The position numbers were made by a program, and so were the translations under genes. The notes beneath the pieces are model-generated. The model did not search any database and was not told the DNA's origin. It saw only the letters and a program-made list of their open reading frames with translations. Shown in pieces: positions 1 to 8,031 of a stretch of 64,000 nt of DNA; positions within the stretch are counted from its first letter, which is position 1; each line of letters begins with the position of its first letter. This DNA comes from Monocercomonoides exilis PA203 (lineage: Eukaryota > Protista > Preaxostyla). The stretch spans positions 620,001-684,000 of the forward strand of contig LSRY02000015.1 of NCBI GenBank assembly GCA_001643675.2. Reading direction: 5' to 3'.

Positions 1-2
1 AA

Positions 3-653
3 CACCCAATCCATTCTCCGCAAACGACGCAGCAGCAGAATATTCTTCAAACGATAGACACTTCGCAAGAACAGCTGATGGAGAAAGACAATTATCAACC
101 GAACTTCAAATGCATTTGTTTCTCGCTTTTCGGAGAAAAAACAAAGGATTCAATATTCGAAATGCATTTTCCTGAACAAGCAGGCTCAAATTCCACAATT
201 TTCTCGAATTTCTCAGCACCTCCGTTTATTCCAGAGGCTATCCACCCAATTCAAAGAACATCAAATTGGTGCTTCGACGCTCTAGAACAAAATGGATTCA
301 AAATCGAAGAAAAATTGATATCGGCAATAAAAGCGCTTATAATTGGAAAAGATATGGTAGATAAGGGATTGGACCCAAGTGCAGTTTTGGCTGATACTTT
401 CTTAATGATGGTTAAAGCACTCCAGGAAGCGAGAACACAAAGGATCCAAGCAGTTTATGGATTCAGAGCCGCAAGGACATTGAAAGAAGAAGATGGAGAC
501 CAATTGCTTTCCAAGAGGCAACTTGAAACGTTGAAGATCGCTGAGCCGAAACAAAAATTGCTTCCTCGATCGCAGGGATGGATCAGACCGTACACAAATA
601 CATTCTCACTTAAAAACCAGTTTTTTCGGACAAGAAGGATCCCATTTACATGA
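3..653 (+). CDS. gag-like ORF1 of the DIRS element (frame open from the window start)
   Basis: Lies directly upstream of RT, with no stop in frame from position 3. Assigned by position; no diagnostic motif. Confidence 0.6.
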   Translation, partial: HPIHSPQTTQQQNILQTIDTSQEQLMEKDNYQPNFKCICFSLFGEKTKDSIFEMHFPEQAGSNSTIFSNFSAPPFIPEAIHPIQRTSNWCFDALEQNGFKIEEKLISAIKALIIGKDMVDKGLDPSAVLADTFLMMVKALQEARTQRIQAVYGFRAARTLKEEDGDQLLSKRQLETLKIAEPKQKLLPRSQGWIRPYTNTFSLKNQFFRTRRIPFT

Positions 654-2629
654 AGAAAATTCAGTTCAAACAGCAGCAGAAGCTCCCAGAGAACCAGCAG
701 AACTTGGAGCTCCAACAAATGGGATCCTCGAAGAAAGTTGGAGGAAGAACAAGACTCTTTCTCAAGAACTGGTCCGAAATAGGGGCCCGGAGAATTATAG
801 AGAAGGGAGCTTGTCCTGTTTGGAGAAGCAGAGAGGCACGGGACAAGCTGAAAAAGGAAGTCAAAGCAGGACATGGTTTCATTGGATCCCAGGAGCAGGA
901 GAGGGAGTGCGAGAAGTGGATAACGGAAGCACTGGATTGTGGAATATTAAAGAGGATCAAGTTCGAAGATGCAAAATGCCTGAGCAAACTGTTTTTCGTA
1001 AAGAAGAAGAACGGGAAATGGAGACAAATATTGGACTGCAGACCTCTGAACAAAGCCCTGAAATCAATCAAGTTCAAGCTGGAGGATCACAGAACTGTGG
1101 AAAAGTTGATGGAAAAGGGAGATTTTGCAACCTCATTGGATCTCTCTCAAGCATATTTCTTAATCCCTGTTCGCGAAGATTTCATCCCGTTTTTGGCTTT
1201 CAAATTTCATCAAGAAACAATAGCGTTTCGATGCCTTCCATTTGGAATGAAGGATGCCCCAAGAATCTTTACGAAGATCATGCGTTCAATTATAAAGCTG
1301 GTGAGAATGAAGTGGAAAGTTCGTTGCATCTCTTATCTGGACGATGTCCTCTTTCTTCACAAGGACAAACAGAAGCTGGAGCAAATAACAAAGGAGGTTA
1401 TGGATTGGTTCTCCCAACTTGGTCTGATGGTCAACAAGGAGAAAAGCGAACTTCAGGCAAAACAAAGATTCAACTTTCTGGGATGGAAATGGGATTCGAT
1501 TCAGTCGACAGTGGCTCTGAACGAAGAGAGAATTGCCTCCATTGTTCAGAAGTGTCACATGGTACTGATAAACACAATAAAGAGGCGTCCAATCTCAGTC
1601 AGAAGATTTGCTTCAATTGTGGGGCAAATAAGCGCTGCCAGATTTGTCCACACAGACGCTTCATTACACAAGACAAACCTTTATCAATGCCTAATGAAGA
1701 ATGTCAACATCAATGGATGGAACGGACTATGTCGACTTCATTATGGAATGATTCCATAATTGACATTCTGGATAAGCGAAGTCAGGAAGAGAAAACAAAG
1801 AACGCTTCAATCCTTTGGCTCCCCTCAGGTGACGATTACAACAGATGCCTCGCCATGGGCATGCGGAGGAAGTGTAAAGATATCAGGACAACTCAAGAAG
1901 ATTTTTCACGTCCCTTTGAACAGAGTTGCTCAAAACCAAACATCAAACTTCAGGGAATTACTTGCAGTCAAGATTGCGCTTGCAAGGTTTTCTCAGGATA
2001 TCGCAAAACTGTCGGAAAGGAAGGTGTTGATACGCTCGAACAACACATCGGTAGTTTACAACATAAACAGATGGGGAGCAGGAAAGAATCTGCGACCTCT
2101 ATTGAAAGAGATCAGGAAACTTGTGGAGAGTCAGGGAATCCAGGTCAAAGCAGTTCATATTGCAGGAAAAAGAAATGTGGAGGCAGATGCCCTGTCAAGA
2201 CTCGAGCAGTCGGGAGATTACGAAATCAAAAATCAGGCTCTTCAGATGGCACTCAACTACCTCAGGATCAAACCGACTCTGGATGCGTTTGCAAGTGCAA
2301 AGAACAGAAAGCTTCAACGGTGGTGCGGGCCAGGCAGCAGATTATGTCAGGACGGTCTGAGCTATCCGTGGAAGGGCGAGGTGGTTCTTGCCCATCCGCC
2401 AATTCCACTGATCCTTCAGACGATGAGGAAAGCGTTGAAGGAGAGAGCGAAGATGATTCTTCTGATACCGGATTGGACGAATCAGATTTGGAGCCAGACC
2501 CTTCAACTGTGGAAAAGACGATTCATGAGATGGAGATGTTCACGAATGATATTACTTCCAGGGCAGGGTCTGAAGGCGAGAGGAGCAGCGCTTCCTCCGG
2601 GAGGTTACCTGGCAATAAGCTTTCCCTAG
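650..2629 (+). pseudogene. pol: reverse transcriptase + RNase H + DNA N6-adenine methyltransferase-like domain, broken by one in-frame TAA at 1757-1759
   Basis: RT motifs: VGGRTRLFLKNW, LFFVKKKNGKWRQILDCRPLN, LDLSQAY, LPFGMKDAPRIF, YLDD, FLG. RNase H motifs: TTDAS, NFRELLAV, IRSNN (normally SDN), HIAGKRNVEADALSR. MTase motifs: LDAFASAKN and LAHPP. ORFs 650-1759 and 1760-2629 are in the same frame. Confidence 0.9.
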
Positions 2630-4218
2630 TCAAGAAGGCGGGTGAACAGTGGTTTGAGCAGGGCCTACGAAAACTTAATGTTCCGGACAGCATGATAATA
2701 CACATTAAAAATAGTGTTGCCACGTCAACATGGACAACATACACATTTGGATTCGCACATTTCGCAAACGCTTGGATCAAGGGGAATATGGGGGGGTTAC
2801 CGTCAGATCCTGTGATTTGGGTGAGGAAGTGCTTGGACACTTTCATATGCTTAGATAATGAGGGTTTTCCTCCTCAGTGCTTAAAGCAAACAAGGTCCGC
2901 AGTGTCGCTATTCACTAGAAGTGCTTTCTCTTTCGATTTAGGAACAGTACCGATAATAAAGACATTCTTTCGATCTATCATGAGAAAGGAAAAGAAAAGA
3001 GCTCCGTACGAGGAAATATGGGATCCACAGGTCCTTTTCAATTATCTCCGAACTCTGTGGCCCAACGAGACATTGAGCGTATACTCTCTGACATTGAAAT
3101 CAATAACTCTGTGTATGTTATTCACTGCATGCAGGTTTTCAGAACTGGCGAGCATTTCTATGAACGATTCGATAATCTCTGAGAATGCAATTCATCTTTC
3201 AGTCCAATTGAAAACAAGACTCGCAAGATCGTTCATCACAGTCCCTAAACTGAAGGAGATCCAGTCAGATGTTTGTCCAGTGCGTGCAATATTGGAACTT
3301 TGGAACCAAATTAAAGTTTTGTATCCAGGAAGAGACACGTTCGTAATTAACACGAGAACCGGATCAAGAATGTCAAAGGATGGAATTCGTAAACTCGCAA
3401 AGGAGGCAATGAAGCAGGCAGGAATCAACCCCTCGTTTCGGCCTTATACTATAAAGCATGCAGCTTTGTCTGCTCTCCTTGCCGCTGGAGTTCCGGAGGT
3501 TATGGTAGCACACTTTGCCAGATTGTCTCCCACAGCTCACACACCAACTAATTCTTACTTCAAAACAAACACTGCTCAAGCGATGGCCCAGGTTCTGACA
3601 GAGCACCAACCATTCCCACAAACGGGGTCTCAAATACAACCTTGGAGCGCCCAAATAACTCAAGGATCTTCTTTTGCAAACATCCAAGCTCCAAACCAAT
3701 CTGCAATAAACGTGTTTCCTGTTCAACATGATATATCCCTTTCACCTCAACCACATCCTTCGCAACTGTATCAACAACAACCTCAGACGTTTAAGTTTCA
3801 GCCCTCCTCTCAGTATTTTCAAAGCCAGCAACCTTCAAATTCAATTGGATTATCGCTGGCGCAACCACAAACTTTTAATTCCCCACAACTATCTTTACAG
3901 GCAAATTGTTCCATTCCAACACAACAGCTTCCCTCTCTCACAGAACAGAGCATTGACATGGACATCGAAGAGTCGCAATCATCGCAGACCGTTGGAGAGG
4001 AGAAGGATAACAATAAGGAAAATGAAGAAGTCAAAGAAGTTGAAGATAAACTGCACAATAAGGAAAATATTTGTATAGATCAGGAAGAGGATTCGAAGCG
4101 ATCATGTTCCCATTCAACTGTCAAGAAATCAAGAAATATTTGCACACGAACAGAGAGAGTAGTAACAAGAGCCTACGCAATATTAATGGAACAGGAGACA
4201 CAAAACATGCCCAATTAA
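811..4218 (+). CDS. Tyrosine recombinase ORF of the DIRS element (YR domain ~2620-3600; N-terminal part overprints pol; Q/S/P-rich tail)
   Basis: SVATSTWTTY, LFTACRFSEL (catalytic Arg box), QLKTR, VCPVRA, GINPSFRPYTIKHAA (box II position) and NSYF (candidate Tyr nucleophile). Confidence 0.85.
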   Translation: MSCLEKQRGTGQAEKGSQSRTWFHWIPGAGEGVREVDNGSTGLWNIKEDQVRRCKMPEQTVFRKEEEREMETNIGLQTSEQSPEINQVQAGGSQNCGKVDGKGRFCNLIGSLSSIFLNPCSRRFHPVFGFQISSRNNSVSMPSIWNEGCPKNLYEDHAFNYKAGENEVESSLHLLSGRCPLSSQGQTEAGANNKGGYGLVLPTWSDGQQGEKRTSGKTKIQLSGMEMGFDSVDSGSERRENCLHCSEVSHGTDKHNKEASNLSQKICFNCGANKRCQICPHRRFITQDKPLSMPNEECQHQWMERTMSTSLWNDSIIDILDKRSQEEKTKNASILWLPSGDDYNRCLAMGMRRKCKDIRTTQEDFSRPFEQSCSKPNIKLQGITCSQDCACKVFSGYRKTVGKEGVDTLEQHIGSLQHKQMGSRKESATSIERDQETCGESGNPGQSSSYCRKKKCGGRCPVKTRAVGRLRNQKSGSSDGTQLPQDQTDSGCVCKCKEQKASTVVRARQQIMSGRSELSVEGRGGSCPSANSTDPSDDEESVEGESEDDSSDTGLDESDLEPDPSTVEKTIHEMEMFTNDITSRAGSEGERSSASSGRLPGNKLSLVKKAGEQWFEQGLRKLNVPDSMIIHIKNSVATSTWTTYTFGFAHFANAWIKGNMGGLPSDPVIWVRKCLDTFICLDNEGFPPQCLKQTRSAVSLFTRSAFSFDLGTVPIIKTFFRSIMRKEKKRAPYEEIWDPQVLFNYLRTLWPNETLSVYSLTLKSITLCMLFTACRFSELASISMNDSIISENAIHLSVQLKTRLARSFITVPKLKEIQSDVCPVRAILELWNQIKVLYPGRDTFVINTRTGSRMSKDGIRKLAKEAMKQAGINPSFRPYTIKHAALSALLAAGVPEVMVAHFARLSPTAHTPTNSYFKTNTAQAMAQVLTEHQPFPQTGSQIQPWSAQITQGSSFANIQAPNQSAINVFPVQHDISLSPQPHPSQLYQQQPQTFKFQPSSQYFQSQQPSNSIGLSLAQPQTFNSPQLSLQANCSIPTQQLPSLTEQSIDMDIEESQSSQTVGEEKDNNKENEEVKEVEDKLHNKENICIDQEEDSKRSCSHSTVKKSRNICTRTERVVTRAYAILMEQETQNMPN

Positions 4219-4221
4219 TGA

Positions 4222-4612
4222 TATCCCAAATAGAAAGAGGAGTTGTATTTTCATTTGTTCTCGAGAATTGAGAAGCTAATGCTTTTTAATTCGTTAGAGA
4301 ACTAATTAATATACAACTCCTCTTTTCCCTCCACAAAGCGAAGCTTTTCCCACCCATGGAACTTACAGTTAATAAAACCTTTTCTTGCATTTTGAAAGTC
4401 TTCGTGTTTTGTAGTCATAAAAGAAAGATATAACTCCTCAGTGCAAATTTGCACAGCCTGTTATTGGACGCTAACTTTTTAATTCTTTTTAACTTTTTCA
4501 TCACATCAGCAAACACCACAAATTTCACGTCACATTGATCGGCTGAGCCCATAAAACGGGGCTCTATCCCAAATAGAAAGAGGAGTTGTATATTAATTAG
4601 TTCTCTAACGAA
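4222..4612. repeat. DIRS internal complementary region (ICR) and right terminal repeat
   Basis: TATCCCAAATAGAAAGAGGAGTTGTAT occurs as a direct repeat at 4222-4248 and 4565-4591. 4290-4325 is the exact reverse complement of 4577-4612 (36 bp). Confidence 0.9.
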
Positions 4613-4750
4613 ATAACACAAATCGATGTTCAATTTATCAACATTTTTATGAATATTAACTAAACAAAGTATTTTAATCGCTTTTTGACATTCAGCCAAA
4701 AGCCCATTTTTCACAAAAATTTTTTTATAAAAATACTCATTTTTTTCAAT

Positions 4751-4896
4751 TTTGAATAATAAGTTAAACAACTTCGAATAATCAGTAAACCAAAATCGAA
4801 TAAAAAGTTTATTAATTTCGAATAAAAAGTCCAACAAATTTGAATAATTTGTTTATCAAATTTGAATAATAAGTTGACCAAATTCGAATTATAAAT
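4751..4896. repeat. Degenerate 22-bp tandem repeat, ~6.5 units (consensus ~TT(C/T)GAATAATAAGTTNANCAAA)
   Basis: Units start at 4751, 4773, 4795, 4817, 4839, 4861 and 4883. Confidence 0.85.
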
Positions 4897-5399
4897 GGTG
4901 TATTATCTCTGAAACAGGTTATCAAGGTATTTCAAAACTGGATGATTTCAGATATGATAATGAAAAATTGAAAATATATACTCACAAACTTTCAAATTGT
5001 TATATAAAACCAATATTGGAGGAAACATTTTTGCTTCATCCTTTTTTTGAAAGATGCAACAAATTGGGTTCCGATTTTTCTCAATTTAATTGAACCCAAT
5101 AATTTTCTTCTTTTTGATAAGTTGACATAAACATTTTTGGAGGTTTCATTTTTTCGTTTTTTCAATTGAATAATTCATATAAATTTTTTTGCATAATGGG
5201 TTTTTAATTGCTGATATTGTTATCGAAATCTTCGTTTTTTTGAGTTTGTTTTTGAGCTTCAATTTATATTTTTTTTGAAAAATTTTTCTTAAAATGGGTT
5301 TAATAAACACATTTTACGAGAGAAAAATCAATTTTTCAGGAAAGATAAAGTATTATTCACGTGCATTATCAAGGGCGGAAATGTATCATATTGAAAATG

Positions 5400-6300
5400 C
5401 AAAAAATACAAATCAAAAAAATCTTTGTTGTAAACATCTGTTTTCAAGCAATACAAAATCGGGTTTGGAAAGATTTTGCTGTTGATTCAATATTTCCACT
5501 TAAGGATACCAAAGAAAACTGCAAAGAATCTATTGGATTTATCAAATTACAGCGTTGGTTAATGGCACAGTATTTGTCGTGTCGTACGCACGAATTTCTT
5601 TATCGAGCAATCAATTATTTTTGGGGGAACTGGAATCGCAGGGGAAATCGATGAAGCCATTTTCAGGAGAAGAAAGGACCAAAGAGCACGCTCAAAACGG
5701 AATAAATGGTTTTTTGGAGCAATTGAGAGGAAAATGGATGGAACAGATCAGAAAAAAATAATTTTGAAGGAAAAATCAAGAAAAAGAGAGAATTAACTTC
5801 CTCGAATTCAAACAAACATTTAACAAGGATCAACAATTATGAGTGATGAGTGGGTCACTTATAAAGTTTAACCGAATTTGAGTTATGAACACGAAATAGT
5901 TGCACACAAAAGAAACTTTTAAGATCCCATCACAGTGGTTTGTTCTAATACCGTCGTAGGGATTTTGCACCATATGAAATCATTTTTTCCTAAATCAGTG
6001 TTTCGCCATAAATTTCTACACGATTATCTATCAACTTTCATCGTTAAAAGTGTTTTTAAAGTTGATTTTATTCAATTAGTCGGAATGATTTATCAATTCG
6101 AGCCTCTGAAAATACAAGAAGAAGATGACACCGAAGATATCACATCAGATGTTGTTAATTTTGATGACACAATTGAAGATACAAGTTCTTCAAGTGATGC
6201 TGACAGTGATAGTTTCGGTGCAGGCGATGGTTCTTCTTCTTTTCGTCACACTGATAATAAAAAAATATTTAAATTTCAATTAATTTTTCATCATTCAATT
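5400..6300 (+). pseudogene. Decayed Merlin/ISXO2 (IS1595-like) DDE transposase
   Basis: Motifs across frames: EIDEAIFRRRKDQRARSKRNKWFFGAIER (from 5644), TIMSDEW (SDEW at 5842), YEHEIVAHKRNF*DP..CSNTV, and an acidic tail. Multiple stops and frameshifts. Confidence 0.8.
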
Positions 6301-6514
6301 TAAACAAATTTTTCACTCATTTTGAGCAACAAATAATTATTCAATGAATAAAATAAAGCAAAATAGTCATTGGAAGTTGCTTTTTCTATGAAAAAAGTCA
6401 GACCCAATATGTTTCACTTATTTCATTTTTAAACCAGAAAGCATATAATTATTTTTTCCCTCTCTTGAAACAAGTTTTTTTTCTATCGTTATATAATAAA
6501 AATTTAAGAATTTC

Positions 6515-7986
6515 ATGTCTTTACAAAAACAAAGCTTTAAGCAAACATTGCTGCTTGACCACATTATTGGTACAACAACGATTTCCAATAATATATTTTC
6601 TGTAAACGTTTGCGCTTTTGCATTGTATTTACATCATTTTTTTAAATATTAATTTCATCCACTCTTTTTGAAACAACAAAACAATTTTTCCAAAAAATTG
6701 TCTAAAATTAAATTTCTTTATTAAAACTCAAATTTCATTTTTCTTTAGCCAATCAATGGTGATTTGGCATATGCTTCTGGCTGTGTTGTTGTAATTTTCA
6801 GTTCCAGACAAGGAAAAATATTGAAATTTCTTGTAAAACGTAAAGAAGAAAAAAAGATTACTGCACTGGCATTTTCCACTTGTGGAAGATATCTTGCAGC
6901 AGGAGAGGTTGAGTATTCGTATATTTATCTCAAGAATATTTTTTTCTGTATTATTTTTTTCCAGGCAGGTCCAAATCCTTCCATTTCGATATGGGAAATC
7001 TCTTCAAAATTAATAATAAAGACACTTACAGGTCATAAGTCATGTATTCGTTGTTTAGGTTTTTCTCCTTCAAAATTGTTATCTCAACATCCAAAGCAGA
7101 GGTGGTCTGATCCAGAATTTCTAGTCTCATCATGCGATTCACGCACAGATGTTATGATTGTTTGGGATTGGAAAAGAGGAGAACAAATTGCAGTTAATAA
7201 GATGCCTTATAGGATAAATTCTATTGCTTTTTCTAGTGATGGAGAAACGTTTGCCACGGCTGCTTCGAGGCACTTAAAATACTGGACACTTCCAATTAAG
7301 CAGAAAGAGAAAATCAATGGAAAAGCTGGAGCAAGCGAAGCCGGCGGCAAGTGGAATGGAAATGTTGAGTCTGAATGGAATCCCATCAGCGGAAGAATTG
7401 CGATTTTAGGTTCGTTGCGAGAATGTGAAATATTGGAAATAGCATTTCAAACACCAAGGAAGACAAGCAACCTCAAAGATGGTTCCGACGAAGGCAATGG
7501 TGCAAATGCAGCTGGGGATGATTCAAACGAACTGTCTCTCTTTGCCATCACGAACACCAACGTCCTCTTCCAGCTAGGACGCGACAGGCGCATTCTCAAG
7601 TGGATGAAGATGGAGGCTCCGCCCTCGCGCTGTCTGGCGGTGAATGCGGCCTTTGTGTGTGTTGGGTGCTGCGACGGAGTGATCCGCTTGTTCCGGCCAG
7701 ACACAATGGAGTACCTCGCGTCGCTGCCGCAGCCTCCGCCGCTGGGCACTGACGACTTTGCTGGGTTTGTGGAAGGAAGAAGCGGGAGTGCGAAAGATGG
7801 TCCAGTCAATGGGGTGAATGAAGATGGCGATGGAAGAGCGAAGCCAGCTGAACACGCAGATGTGGTGGCGGTGCGGCTGACGTCGCGCGACGGAGGCGGG
7901 CTGGGCGTTGTGTGCAGCGACCACTCGCTGTTTCTGTGGGACTGTTTGGATGTGCAGCTTCTGGAGGAGAACAGGCGGAGGAGAGA

Positions 7987-8031
<45 letters not shown>

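Larger units (their letters stand above)
1..4612 (+). mobile_element. DIRS-type tyrosine recombinase retrotransposon (5' end lies outside the window), probably a defective copy
   Basis: Gene order is gag-like ORF, RT (YLDD), RNase H, Dam-like MTase, then an overlapping YR ORF. It ends with an internal complementary region (4222-4325) matching the terminal sequence 4565-4612. Confidence 0.93.

Noticed and set aside
1757-1759. Evidence for a genome-wide TAA=Gln code
   Set aside because: Host genes have kb-long frames free of TAA/TAG, and some end in TAA (39293, 29719).
4751-4896. CRISPR-like periodicity
   Set aside because: The period is only 22 bp, there are no unique spacers or cas genes, and the context is eukaryotic.
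6908-6964. Hydrophobic peptide VEYSYIYLKNIFFCIIFFQ in the WD40 ORF
   Set aside because: Best explained as a 57-bp in-frame GT-AG intron read through by the ORF caller.
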